Shown here piece by piece: positions 32,111-46,700 of a DNA stretch of 64,000 nucleotides. The stretch comes from Azolla caroliniana. Lineage: Eukaryota > Plantae > Polypodiophyta. The notes below the pieces were generated by a model that made no database searches, was not told where the DNA came from, and was given only the letters and a program-made list of their open reading frames with translations. The stretch is taken from positions 2,728,001-2,792,000 of the forward strand of contig JBHGNT010000022.1 of NCBI GenBank assembly GCA_043228905.1, read 5' to 3'. The first letter of the stretch is position 1. Every line of letters begins with the position of its first letter. The position numbers and the translations under genes are program-made.

Positions 32111-35100
32111 TCATAAACATTCTAGGTTAAAAGGTCATCTAGAATATAAGGTTAAAAGTATAAAGGACGCAATAAAATAAGAATCCATGAAAGATGAAAT
32201 AGTACATTCAACATTCCATAAATTAGGTGAATTGGTAAGACGTTGGTCAAATAACCTCGGGGATCGTAGCCATAACGGAAAAAAACCTTCTCCTTTTGCG
32301 TGCTAGTTCACTTCAAAGGTCTCTATCTTGCATCTTATTTTTGCCAACGCATAACCTGCATGAACAGTAGTTTTGTTTCGACCAATGTTGGCAATCACAT
32401 TCATTGGGGTTAAGATTTTCTAGTAGCTTCTGAAGGATAGAAATTGAAAATGACATACGGTGGATTAGTTGAATTGGTTAGAGCATCATGCAAATAACTT
32501 GAAATCAGAGGATGTGAAGATTCGCCATAAACAACTCTTAGCTTGTTAAGACAGTCGTGTAGTATTAAGATTTAATGAAGAAGCAAGGCAATAAATATGA
32601 ATTCATGAGAGTTTATATCTTATGTTAAAAATTAAAAATTGGTACTGCTACTTGTTTGTTACCATCAAAGGTCTCTGAACCGAGAGCTATTTCTTAGGAA
32701 TATTTTCTTCTACTAGGAGTAGCCGATAGTTCGGGCCGAGCACCGATGGTCCAATGAAGTTTTGAGAACTCTAACTTAATCGACATTTAAGGCCAATTAG
32801 CTCAGTTGGTTAGAGCGTCATGCTAATAACGTGAAGGTCATAGGTTAAAGACCTATATTGGCCATTATAAACATTCTTGGGTAAAATGTCATTTAGAAAA
32901 TACGACTCAAAGTATAAGCGAGCCACTAAAATATGAATCTGTGAAACATCAAATACTACATTCAACAATCCATGAAGTAGATGAATTGGTAAGACTTTGG
33001 TCGAATAACTTGGGGGATCAGAGACATAACCGAAAAAAATCTTCTCCTTTTGCGTGTTGGTTCACGTCAAAGGTCTCTATCTTGCATCTTATTTTTGCCA
33101 ACGCATAACCTCCATGTTGACTTAAACTGGCTCTAACCGTAGTATTGTTTCGACCAATGTTGGAAATCACTTTCATTGGGGTTAAGATTTTCTAGTAGAT
33201 TCTCGGGGATAAAAATTTAAAATGGCATATGGTGGATTAGTTGAGTTTGTTCGAGCATCGTGCTAATAACTCATACGTCTTAGGTTCAACGTCGAGATTG
33301 GCCATAAACAACTCTTATTAGTTAGGAATATTTCCTTCTATTGCATGGTCCAATGAAGATTTGAGAGCTCTAACTTAACTGACAACTAAGGCTAATTAGC
33401 TCAATTGGTTAGAGCGTCGTGCTAATAATGCGTAGGTCGTAGGTTCGAGACCTATATTGGCCATCATAAACATTCTAGGTTCAAATGTCATCTAGAATAT
33501 AAGGGTTAAAGTATAAACGACGCAATAAAATCAGAATATATGAAAGATGAAATAGTACATTCAACATTACATAAAGTAGGTGAATTGGTAAGACTTTGAT
33601 CGAATAACCTGGGGAATTAGAGGCTCTAACTTGCGTCTTATTTTTGCCCATGCACAACTTGGATGTTGACATAAATTGTCTCTGATGGTAGTATTATTTC
33701 GACCAATTTTGGAAATAACATTCTTTGGGGTTACGATTTTCTAGTAGCTTCTCTGGGATAGAAATTAAAAATTACAGCTGGTGGATTAGTTGACTTGGTT
33801 AGAGCATCATGCTAATAACTCGTAGGTCGTACATTCGATATCGACATTGACCATAAACAACGCTTAGTGGGTTAAGACGGTCGTTTAATTATTCAGATTT
33901 AATGAATAACCAAGGCAATAAATATGAATTCAAGAGAGTTGATATTATAAATGTCTCACTTTTGCGTGTTCCTTCACTTCAAATGTCTCTATACTGCATC
34001 TTATTTTTCCCAACGCATAACCTGTATGTTGACTTAAATTGGCTCTAGCCAGAGTATTGTTTTGACCAATGTTGGAAATCACATTGGTTGGGGTAAAGAT
34101 TTTCTAGTAGCTTCTCGGGGATAGAAATTTAAAATGAAGGTTAGTGCATCGTGCTAATAACTCGTAGGTCGTCGGTTCAACATCGAGATTGGCCATCAGC
34201 AACTATTAGTTGATTAAGGTGGTCGTGTACTATTAAGATTTAATGAAGAAGTAAGTCAATAAATATGAATTCATGAGAATTTATATATTATGTTAAAAAT
34301 TAGAAATTGGTACTGCTACTTGTTTGTTACCATAAAAGGTCTTTAAACCGAGACCTATTTGCTTCTACTGGAAGTAACCGACTGTTCGGGCCGAGCACTG
34401 ATGCTCCAATGAAGTTTTGAGAGATCTAACTTAACCGACATCTAAGGCCAATTAGCTCAGTTGGTTAGAGAGTCGTGCTAATCACACAAAGTTCATAGGT
34501 TTGAAACCTATATTGGCCATTACAAACATTCTTGGGAAAAATGCCATTTACAAAATAAAACTCAAAGTATAAGCGAGCCAATAAAATAAGAATACGTGAA
34601 AGATGAAATACTGCATTCAACATTCCATGAAGTAGATGAATTACTAAGACTTTGGTCGAATAAATTGCAGAATCAGAGCCATAACCGAAACAAACCTTCT
34701 CCTTTTGCGTGTTGGTTCACTTCAAAGGTCTCTATCTTGCATCTTATTTTTGCCAACGCATAACCTGCATGTTGACTTAAACTGGTTCTAACCGGACTAT
34801 TGTTTCGACCAATGTTAGAAATCACATTGGTTGGGATTAACATTTTCTAGTAGCTTCTCGGGCATACAAATTTAACATGACATACCGTGGATTAGATGAG
34901 TTAGTTAGAGCATCATGCTAATAACTCGTAGCTCGTAGGTTCAATATCGAGATTGACCATAAACAACTATTAGTTGGTTAAGACGGTCGTGTAGTATTAA
35001 GATTTTATGAAGCAGGGCAATAAATATGAATTCTTCAGAGTTTATATCTTATGTTACAAATTAGAAATTAGTACTGCTACTTGTTTCGACCATAAAACGT

Positions 35101-35894
35101 CTCTAAATCGAGAACTATATTGGCCATCATAAACATTCTAAGTTAAAATGTCATCTAGAATGTAAGGCTTCAGGTATAAACGACGAAATAAAATATGAAT
35201 CCATGAAAGATGAAATAGTACAATCTTCATTTCATGAAGTAGGTTAATTGGTAAGACTTTGGTCGAATAACCTCGGGGATCACAGGCATAACGGAAAAAA
35301 ATCTTCTCCGTTTGCGTACTAGTTACCTTCAAAGGTCGTAGGTTCGAGACCTATATTGACCATCATAAACATTATAGGTTAAAATGTCATCTAGAATATA
35401 AGGCTTAAAGTATAAATGACACAATAAAATAGGAATCCGTGAAAGATGAAATAGTACATTCATCATTTCAAGAAGTAGGTGAATTGGTAAAACTTTGGTC
35501 GAATAACCTAGGGGATCAGAGGCATAACCTCGGGGATGCTAATTTAAAATTATAGACGGTGGATTTGTTCAGTTGATAGAATATCGCGCTAATGACTCGT
35601 AGGTCATACATTCGATATCGACATTGGCCATAAACAACGCTTACTTGGTTAAGACTGTGGTTTAGTTATTCAGATTTAATGAATAAGCAAGGCAATAAAT
35701 ATGAATTCATGAGAGTTGATGTTTTATGTTAAAAATTAGAAATTCGTACTACTACTTTCTTCTTACCATAAAAGGTCTTTCAACCGAGACCTATTTGTTA
35801 GGAATATTTCTCTCTATTGGGAGGAGCTGACTGTTCGGAGCGACCATTGATTGTCCAATGAAACTTTGAGGGATCTAACTTAATCGACATCTAA

Positions 35895-35968
35895 GGCCAA
35901 TTAGCTCAGTTGGTTAGAGTGTCGTGCTAATAACGCGAAGGTCATAGGTTCGAAACCTATATTGGCCA
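35895..35968 (+). tRNA. tRNA-Ile(AAT), foldable copy
   Basis: Complete cloverleaf, A and B boxes intact, one G-U in the D stem. Confidence 0.7.
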
Positions 35969-37147
35969 TTATAAACAATCTTCGCTGAAATGCCATTTGG
36001 AAAATAAAATTAAAACTATAAGCGAGCCAATAAAATAAGAATCCATGAAAGATGAAATACTACATTCAACATTCCATGAAGTAGGTGAATTGGTAAGGCT
36101 TCGGTCGAATAACTTGGAGGATCAGAGGCATAACCCAAAAAAACCTCCTCCTTTTGCGTGTTGGTTCACTTCAAATGTCTCTATCTTGCATGTTCTTTTT
36201 CCCAACGCATAACCTGCATGTTGACTTAAACTGGCTCTAACCGGAGTATTGTTTCGACCAATGTTGCAAATCACATTCGTGGGGTTAAGATTTTCTAGTA
36301 GGTTCTCGGGGATAGAAATATAAAATGGTATACGGTGGATTAGTTGAGTTGGTTAGACGATCGTGCTAATGGCTCGTAGGTCGGCTCGTAGGTCGTAGGT
36401 TCAACATCGAGATTGGCCATAAAGACCTATTAGTTGGTTAAGACGGTCGTGTAGTATTAAGATTTTAGGAAGAAGCAAGGCAATAAATATGAATTCATGA
36501 GAGTTTATATCTTATTTTAAACATTAGAAATCGGTACTACTACTTCTTTATTACTATAAAAAGTCTCTAATCCGAGACCTATTTGCTTCTACTGGAAGTA
36601 GCCCACTGTTCAGGACGAGCACTGATGGTCCAATGAAGTTTTGAGAGCTGTAATTTAACCGACCTCTAAGGCCAATTAGCTCAATTGGTTAGAGCATTAT
36701 GCTAATAACACGAAGGTGATAGGTTTGAAACCTATACTGGCTATTATAAACATTCTTCGCAAAAATGTCATTTACAAATAAAATTCAAAGTATAAGCGAA
36801 GCAATAAAATAAGAATACGTAAAAGATAAAATACCACATTCATCATTCATTTCAATAAGTAGGTGAATTGATAAGGCTTTGGTCGAATAACCTGGGGGAT
36901 CACAGGCATAACGGAAAAAATAAGAAATTAAATAAATAAACAAGGCAATAAATATGAATTCATGAGAGTTGATGTTTTATGTTATACATTAGAAATTCGT
37001 ACTACTACTTTCTTGTTACCATAAAAGGTCTTTCAACCGAGACTGATGTGTTAGGAATATTTCTCTCTATTGGGCGGAGCTGACTATTCGGGGCGACCAC
37101 TGATTGTCCAATGAAACTTTGAGGGATCTAACTTAATTGACATCTAA

Positions 37148-37221
37148 GGCCAATTAGCTCAGTTGGTTAGAGTGTCGTGCTAATAACGCGAAGGTCATAG
37201 GTTCGAGACCTATATTGGCCA
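37148..37221 (+). tRNA. tRNA-Ile(AAT), foldable copy
   Basis: Complete cloverleaf, A and B boxes intact, one G-U in the D stem. Confidence 0.7.
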
Positions 37222-39800
37222 TTATAAACATTATTGCGTGAAATGGCAATTGGAAAAAAAAAATTAAAACTATAAGCGAGCCAATAAAATAAGAATCCGT
37301 GAAAGATGAAATACTACATTCAACATTCCATGAAGTAGATGAATTGGTAAGGCTTTGGTTGAGTAACTTGGGGGATCAGAGGCATAATCCAAAAAAACCT
37401 TCTCCTTCTGCGTGTTGGTTCACTTCAAATGTCTCTATCTTGCATGTTCTTTTTCCCAACACATAACCTGCATGGTGACTTAAACTGGCTCTAACCGGAG
37501 TATTGTTTCGACCAATGTTGCAAATTACATTCGTTGGGGTTAAGATTTTCTAGTAGGTTCTCGGGGATAGAAATATAAAATGGTGTGCGGTGGATTAGTT
37601 TAGTTGGTTAGAGGATCGCGCTAATGGCTCGTAGGTCGTAGGTTCAACATCGAGATTGGCCATAAAGACCTATTAGTTGGTTAAGACGGTCGTGTAGTAT
37701 TAAGATTTTATGAAAAAGCAAGGCAATAAATATGAATTCATGAGACTTTATATCTTATTTTAAAAATTATAAATCGGTACTACCACTTTATTACTATAAA
37801 AAGTCTCTAAACCGAGACCTATTTGCTTCTACTGGAAGTAGCCCACAGTTCAGGACGAGCACTGATGGTCCATTGAAGTTTTGAGAGCTCTAACTTAACT
37901 GACATCTAAGGCCAATTAGCTCAATTGGTTAGAGCATCGTGCTAATAACACGAAGATCATACGTTCGAAACCAATATTGGTTATTATAAACATTCTTCGC
38001 AAAAATGTCAATAACAAAATAAAATTCAAAGTATAAGCGAGCCAATAAAATAAGAATACGTAAAAGATAAAATACTACATTCATCATTCATTTCACGAAG
38101 TAGGTGAATTGGTAAGACTTTGGTCGAATAACCTGGGGGACCACAGGCATTACGGAAAAAATTAGAAATTAAATAAATAAGCAAGGCAATAAATATGAAT
38201 TCATGAGAGTTGATGTTTTATGTTAAAAATTAGAAATTCATACTACTACTTTCTTCTTACCATAAAAGGTCTTTCAACCGAGACCTATTTGTTAGGAATA
38301 TTTCTCTCTATTGGGAGGAGCTGACTGTTCGAGCCGACCACTGATTGTCCAATGAAACTTTGAGGGATCTAACTTAATCGATATTGAAGGCCAATTAGCT
38401 CGGTTGGTTAGAGTGTCGTGCTAATAACGCGAAGGTCATAGGTTCGAGACCTATATTGGCCATTATAAACATTCTTGGGTGAAATACCATTTGGAAAAAA
38501 AAAATTAAAAGTATAAGCGAGCCAATAAAATAAGAATCCGTGAAAGATGAAATACTACATTCAACATTCCATGAAATAGATGAATTGGTAAGGCTTTGGT
38601 CGAATAACTTGGGGGATCAGAGGCATTACCCAAAAAAAACCTTCTCCTTCTACGTGTTGGTTCACTTCCAATGTCTCTATGTTGCATGTTCTTTTTCCCA
38701 ACGCATAACCTACATGTTGACTTAAACTGGCTCTAACCGGAGTATTTTTTCGACCAATGTTGCAAATCACATTCGTTGGGGTTAAGATTTTCTAGTAGGT
38801 TCTCGAGGATATAAATATAAAATGGCATACGGTGGATTAGTTGAGTTGGTTAGAGGATCCTGATAATAACTCGTAGGTTGTAGGTTCAACATCGAGATTG
38901 GCCATCAGCAACTATTAGTTGGTTAAGGTGGTCGTGTAGTATTAAGATTTAATGAAAAAGCAAGGCCATAAATATGAATTCATGAGAGTTTATCTTTTAT
39001 GTTAAAAATTAGAAATTGGTACTGTTCCTTGTTTTTTACCATAAAAGGAATCTAAACTGAGACCTATTTGCTTGGATTGGCTAAGTAACCGATTGTTCGG
39101 GCCGAGTAGTAATGGTCCAATGAAATTTTGAGAGCTCTAACTTAACCGACATCTAAGGCCAATTAACTCAGTTGGTTAGAGCACCGTGCTAATAACACGA
39201 AGGTCGTAGGTTCGAGACCTGTATTAGCCATCATGAACATTATAGGTTAAAATGTCATCTAGAATATAAGGCTTAAAGTACAAACAATGCAATAAAATAA
39301 GAATCCATGAAAGAGGAAATAGTACATTCATCACTTCAAGAAGTAGGTGAATTGGTAAGACTTTGGTCGAATAACCTGGAGGATCAAAGGCATAACCTCG
39401 GGGATACAAATTTAAAATTACAGATGGTGTATTTGTTGAGTTGGTTAGAGCATCGTGCTAATAACTCGTAGGTCGTACATTCGATATCGACATTGGCCAT
39501 AAATAACACTTAGTTGGTTAAGACGGTCATTTAGTTTTTAAGATTTAATGAATAAGCAAGGCAATAAATATGAATTCATGAGAGTTGATGTTTTATATTA
39601 AAAATTAGAAATTCGTACTACTACTTTCTTGGTACTAGAAAAGGTCTTTGGTACCAGAAAAGGTCTTTCAACTAAGAACTATTTGTTAGGAATATATCTC
39701 TCTATTGGGAGGAGCTAACTGTTCAGGCCGACCACTGATTGTCCAATGAAACTTTGAGGGATCTTACTTAATCCACATCTAAGGCCAATTAGCTCAGTTG

Positions 39801-40885
39801 TGTTACCCGGACCCGGACAGTCAGTTTTACCGAACAAGTGGGAAAGCGTCAAAAACGGAGTCGGTTCGGATCGACTGTTCGGATCAATGACTCAGCAGTG
39901 AACGAAGAGAACTAAGTTAGTTAGATAATTTTGTAATTCTTGGTAGTAAGTAGGAATAGTTCTTGATGAGAAAAGACCTTCGGTATACCTATAAAAGGGA
40001 ACCGAAGGCATTGTAAGAAAGGTCGTTTATTTAGTAATATAAGTTTAAGTTAGGAAGATCATGTACAGATTTTGTGTTCTTTCTATTGTCTATGTTGTTA
40101 AGTGCAATCTTCCTAATTTATAACTAAGTAACGATCACGGTCATTACCGATTAATATAGTATATTTCCGTTCATAAACACAATTCCTTGTTAGAACGTTG
40201 AGTAGCGACGTTCACTCTTCTGTATCGATAGTAGTTAGTAAGTAGCCGATTAACACAGAAGAAATTTGGCACGCCCGGTGGGACATCTGCAATTAAGCAG
40301 AGAACAAATCGAATGGATGTCGTATGAAGAGGAGACATCGGTCGGTTGTAAGCGCCCTCGTACAAGGTCAGTTACGAAGGCAGTGCAGGAAGCGTTCATT
40401 GCGCAAGAACAGCCGGAATCAAGCACAAAGTGGTCGAAACTTCCTGACTTATCCGATCAATTACCTTCAGACGAAAAACAGACGGAAGAGGTATCGTTTT
40501 ACGACATTTGGGACGATATGCCTTATACTTATTCTAAGTTCCGGGAAGGAACAGATGCGGAAGCACATGTTAGGGATTTCTTAACGACGTGGGAGATTAA
40601 CCATGGAGCTCAGCGATTGTCGGCAGATGCCGAAGATAAGTCAAAAATCCCTGAGTTCGTCTTATCATTAGACGGATATTCCACCAATTGGTTTGCGCAG
40701 AACGGTCTTCAAGGATTTCCATCCTTTGAAGTGCAATCTTCCTAATTTATAACTAAGTAACGATCACGGTAATTACCGATTAATATAGTATATTTCCGTT
40801 CGTACAACACAATTCCTTGTTAGAACGTTGAGTAGCGACGTTCACTCTACTGTATCGGTAGTAGTTAGTAAGTAGCCGACTAACA
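39801..40885 (+). mobile_element. Gypsy element D, internal-deletion derivative related to C, inserted in a tRNA-Ile D-loop
   Basis: TSD AGTTG (39796-39800, 40886-40890); 5' LTR 39801-40255; PBS TGGCACGCCCGGTGGGAC at 40267-40284; gag fragment homologous to C (DDMPYTYSKFR...DAEAHV); 3' LTR remnant 40729-40885. Confidence 0.9.
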
Positions 40886-42203
40886 AGTTGGTTAGAGTGC
40901 CGTGCGAATAACGCGAAGGTCATAGGTTCTAGACCTATATTGGCCATTATAAACATTCTTCAGTGAAATGCCATTTGGAAAATAAAATTAAAAGTATAAG
41001 CGAGCCAGTAAAATAAGAATCCGTGAAAGATGAAATACTACATTCAACATTTCATGAAGTAGATAAATTGGTAAGGTTTTGGTCGAATAACTTGGGGGAT
41101 CAGAGGCATAACCCAAAAAAAACCTTCTCCTTCTACGTGTTGGTTCACTTCGAATGTCTCTATGTTACATGTTCTTTTTCCCAACGCATAACCTACATGT
41201 TGACTTAAACTGGCTCTAACCGGAGTATTGTTTCGACCAATGTTGCAAATCACATTCGTTTGGGTTAAGATTTTCTAGTAGGTTCTTGGGGATATAAATA
41301 TAAAATGGCATACGGTGGATTAGTTGAGTTGGTTAGAGGATCCTAATAATAACTCGTAGGTTGTAGGTTCAACATCGAGATTGGCCATAAAGACCTATTA
41401 GTTGGTTAAGGTGGTCGTGTAGTATTAAGATTTAATGAAGAAGCAAGGCCATAAATATGAATTCATGAGAGTTTATCTTTTATGTTAAAAATTAGAAATT
41501 GGTACTGTTCCTTGTTTGTTACCATAAAAGGAATCTAAACCGAGACCTATTTGCTTGGATTGGCTAAGTAACCGATTGTTCGGGCCGAGCAGTAATGGTC
41601 CAATGAAATTTTGAGAGCTCTAACTTAACCGACATCTAAGGCCAATTAGCTCAGTTGGTTAGAGCATCGTGCTAATAACGCGAAGGTCGTAGGTTCGAGA
41701 CCTATATTAGCCATCATAAACATTATAGGTTAAAATGTCATCTAAAATATAAGGCTTAAAGTACAAACAATGCAATAAAATAAGAATCCATGAAAGAGGA
41801 AATAGTACATTCATCACTTCAAGAAGTAGGTGAATTGGTAAGACTTTGGTCGAATAACCTGGGGGATCAAAGGCATAACCTCGGGGATACAAATTTAAAA
41901 TTACAGACGGTGGATTTGTTGAGTTGGTTAGAGCATCGTGCTAATAACTTGTAGGTCGTACATTCGATATCGACATTGGCCATAAACAACGCTTAGTTGG
42001 TTAAGACGGTCGTTTAGTTTTTAAGATTTAATGAATAAGCAAGGCAATAAATATGAATTCATGAGAGTTGATGTTTTATATTAAAAATTAGAAATTCGTA
42101 CTACTACTTTCTTGGTACCAGAAAAGGTCTTTCAACTGAGAACTCTATTTGTCCAATGATTGTCCAATGAAACTTTGAGGGATCTAACTTAATCGATATC
42201 GAA

Positions 42204-42277
42204 GGCCAATTAGCTCAGTTGGTTAGAGTGTCGTGCTAATAACGCGAAGGTCATAGGTTCGAGACCTATATTGGCCA
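42204..42277 (+). tRNA. tRNA-Ile(AAT), foldable copy
   Basis: Complete cloverleaf, A and B boxes intact. Confidence 0.7.
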
Positions 42278-43445
42278 TTATAAACATTCTTGGGTGAAAT
42301 GCCATTTGGAAAATAAAATTAAAACTATAAGCCAGCCAATAAAATAAGAATCCGTGAAAGATGAAATATTACATTCAACATTCCATGAAGTAGATGAATT
42401 GGTAAGGCTTTGGTCGAATAACTTGGGGGATCAAAGGCATAACCCAAAAAAACCTTCTCCTTGTGCGTGTTGGTTCACTTCAAATGTCTATATCTTGCAT
42501 GTTATTTTTACCAACGCATAACCTACATGTTGACTTGAACTGGCTCTAACCGGAGTATTGTTTCGACCAATGTGGCAAATCACATTTGTTGGGGTTAAGA
42601 TTTTCTAGTAGGTTCTCGGGGATAAAAAGAAATTTAAAATGCCATACGGTGGATTGGTTGAGTTGGTTAGAGGATCCTGCTAATAACTCGTAGGTCCTAG
42701 GTTCTACATCGAGATTGGCCATAAACAACTATTAGTTGGTTAAGACGGTCATGTAATATTAAGATTTTATGAAGAAGCAAGGCAATAAATATGAATTCAT
42801 GAGGGTTTATATCTTATGTTAAAAATTAGAAATCGGTACTGCTACTTCTTTATTACCATAAAAAGTCTCTAAACCGAGAGCTATTTGCTTCTACTGGAAG
42901 TAGCCCACTATTCAGGACGAGCACCGATGGTCCAATTAAGTTTTGAAAGCTCTAACTTAACTGACATGTAAGGCCAATTAGCTCAGTTGGTTAGAGCATC
43001 GTGCTAATAACACGAAGGGCATAGGTTTGAAACCTATATTGGGCATTATAAACATTCTTCGCAAAAATGTCATTTACAAAATAAAACTCAAAGTATAAGC
43101 GAGCCAATAAAATAAGAATACGTAAAAGATGAAATAATATATTCATCATTCATTTCACGAAGTAGGTGAATTGGTAAGACTTTGGTTGAATAACCTGGTG
43201 GATCTCAGGCATAACGGAAAAAGAAATTCTCCATTTGCGTAATGGTTGACTTCAAAGGTCTCTAACTTGCGTCTTACTGGAGTATTGTTTCAACCAATGT
43301 TGGAAACCATATTCGTTGGGATTAAGATTTTCTAGTAGCTTCTCTGGCATACAAATTTAAAATGACATACGGTGGATTAGTTAAGTTGATTAGAGCATCG
43401 TGCTAATAACTCGTAGGTCGTAGGTTCAACATCGAGATTGGCCAT

Positions 43446-43766
43446 TGTAAAGAATAAAGAGATGGATTCTTGTGAAGTAGAATAGGTGTGAACTGTGCGT
43501 ATGTGTGTATAAGATAGAGAGAGAGATAGAGAGTATACGCAAGGTTAAGTATATTAGCAAAGGAGAAAGACTCAACCTTATACAAGGTGGGAGGAGGGTG
43601 CTTTATGTAGTCACCCTCTCTCTTCATTAACTACAAGGCTCATGGAGCATGGGGAATGTGAAAGCTCATAAGTTATGTGTCATAGAATATGATTCTATGA
43701 CTCATATTAAATGCTAGAATACAAAGTGGTGATATAATGGTGACTCATGACCGTTGAGGTGTAACT
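43446..43766 (-). repeat. Partial LTR-like insertion
   Basis: Non-array sequence starting TGTAAAG (minus-strand ...TTTACA end) with a GA tract; other end has no CA or TSD and array sequence is missing. Confidence 0.5.
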
Positions 43767-46700
43767 TAATGGTCCGATGAAGTTTTGGGAGCTCTAACTT
43801 AACCGACATCGAAGGCCAATTAGCTCAGTTAGTTAGAGCATCGTGCTAATAACGCGAAGGTCGTAGGTTCGAGACCTATATTGGCCATCGTAAACATAAT
43901 AGGTTAAAATGTCATCTAGAATATAAGGCATAAAATATAAACAACACAATAAAATCATAATCCATGAAAGATGAAATAGTACATTCATTACTTCATGAAG
44001 TAGTTGAATTGGTAAGACTTTGGTCGAATAACCTAGGGGATCAAAGGCATAACCTCGGGGATACAAATTTAAAATTACAGATGGTGGATTTGTTGACTCA
44101 TTAGAGCATTCTGCTAATAACTCGTAGGTCGTACATTCGATATCGACATTGGCCATAAACAACGCTAAGTTGGTTAAAACGGTCGTTTAGTTATTAAGAT
44201 TAAATGAAAACACAAGCCAATAAATATGAATTCATGAGAGTTGATGTTTTATGTTAAAAATTAGAAATTAAATGAATAAACAAGGCAATAAATATGAATT
44301 CATGAGAGTTGATGTTTTATGTTAAAAATTAAAAATTCGTACTACTACTTTCTTGTTACCATAAAAGGTCTTTCAACCGAGACCTATGTGTGAGGAATAT
44401 TGCTCTCTATTGGGCGAAGCTGACTATTCGGGGCGACCACTGATTGTCCAATGAAACTTTGAGGGATCTAACTTAATCGATATCGAAGGCCAATTAGCTC
44501 AGTTGGTTAGAGTGTCGTGTTAATAACACGAAGGTCATAGGTTGGAGACCTCTATTGGCCATTCTAAACATTATTGGGTGAAATGCCATTTGGAAAATAA
44601 AATTAAAACTATAAGCGAGCCAATAAAATAAGAATCCGTGAAAGATGAAATACTACATTCAACATTCCATGAAGTAGATGAATTGGTAAGGCTTCGGTCT
44701 TATAACTTGGGGGATAAGAGGCATAACCCAAAAAAACCTTCTCCTTTTGCGTGTTGGTTCACTTCAAATGTCTCTATCTTGCATGTTCTTTTTCCCAACG
44801 CATAACCCGCATGTTGACTTAAACTGGCTCTAACCAGAGTATTGTTTGGACCAATGTTGCAAATCACATTCGTTGGGGTTAAGATTTTCTAGTAGGTTCT
44901 CAGGGATAGAAATATAAAATGGCATACGATGGATTAGTTGAGTTGGTTAGAGGATCCTGCTAATAACTCGTAGGTCGTAGGTTCAACATCGAGATTGGCC
45001 ATAAAGAACTATTAGTTGGTTAATACGGTCATGTAGTATTAAGATTTTATGAAGAAGCAAGGCAATAAATATGAATTCATGAGAGTTTATCTCTTATGTT
45101 AAAAATTAGAAATTCGTACTGCTACTTGTTTGTTACCATATTAAAAGGAATCTAAACCGAGACCTATTTACTTGTACTGGAAGTAACCGATTGTTCGGCC
45201 CGAGCACTAATGATCCAATGAAATTTTGAGAGCTCTAACTTACCCGACATCTAAGGCCAATTAGCTCAGTTGGTTAGAGCATCGTGCAAATAACGCGAAG
45301 GTCGTAACTTCGAGACCTATATTGGCCATCATAAACATTATAGGTTGAAATGTCATATAGAATATGAGGCTTAAACTATGAACAATGCAATAAAATAAGA
45401 ATCCAAGAAAGCGGGGATACAATTTTAAAATTATAGACAGTGGATTTGTTGAGTTTGTTAGAGCATCGTGCTAATAACTCGTAGGTCGTACATTCGATAT
45501 CGACATTGGCCATAAACAACGCTTAGTTGGTTAAAACGGTCGTTTAGTTTTTAAGATTTAATGAATACGCAAGGCAATAAATATGAATTCATGAGAGTTG
45601 ATGTTTTATGTTAAAAATTAGAAATTCGTACTACTACTTTCTTCTTACCATAAAAGGTCTTTCAACCGAGACCTATTTGTTAGGAATATTTCTCTCTATT
45701 GGGAGGAGGTAAGAGATCGGGCCGTGCACTAATTCTCCAATGAAACTTTGAGGGATCTTACTTAATCAACATCTAAGGCCAATTAGCTCAATTGGTTAGA
45801 ACGTCGTGCTAATAACGCGAATGTCATAGGTTCGAGACCTATATTGGCCATTATAAACATTCTTGGGTGAAATGTCATTAAAAAAATAAAACTCAAAGTA
45901 TAAGCGAGCCAATAAAATAAGAAACGGTGAAAGATGAAATACTACATTCAACATTCCATGAAGTAGATGAATTGGTAAGGCTTTGGTCGAATAACTTGGG
46001 GGATCAAAGGCATAACCGAAAAAAACCTTATCGTTTTGCGTGTTGGTTCACTTCAAATGTCTCTATCTTGCATGTTCTTTTTCCCAACGCATAACCTGCA
46101 TGTTGACTTAAACTGGCTCTAACCGGAATATGGTTTCGACCAATGTTGCAAATCACATTCGTTGGGGTTAAGATTTTCTAGTAGGTTCTCGGGGATAGAA
46201 ATTTAAAATGCCATACGGTGGATTAGTTGAGTTGGTAAGAGGATCCTGCTAATAACTCGTCGGTCCTAGGTTTAACATCAAGATTGGCCATAAACAACTA
46301 TTAGTTGGTTAAGACGGTCGTGTAGTATTAAGATTTTATGAAGAAGCAAGGCAATAAATATGAATTCATGAGAGTTTATATGTTATGTTAAAAATTAGAA
46401 ATCGGTACTGCTACTTCTTTATTACCATAAAAAGTCTCTAAACCGAGAGCTAATTGCTTCTACTGGAAGTAGCCCACTGGTCAGGACGAGCACTAATGGT
46501 CCAATGAAGTTTTGAGAGCTCTAACTTAACCGACATGTAAGGCCAATTAGCTCAATTGGTTAGAGCATCGTGCTAATAACACGAAGGTCATAGGTTCGAA
46601 ACCTATATTGGCTATTATAAACATTCTTCGCAAAAATGTCATTTACAAAATAAAACTCACAATTTAAGCGAGCCAATCAAATAAGAATACGTAAAAGATG

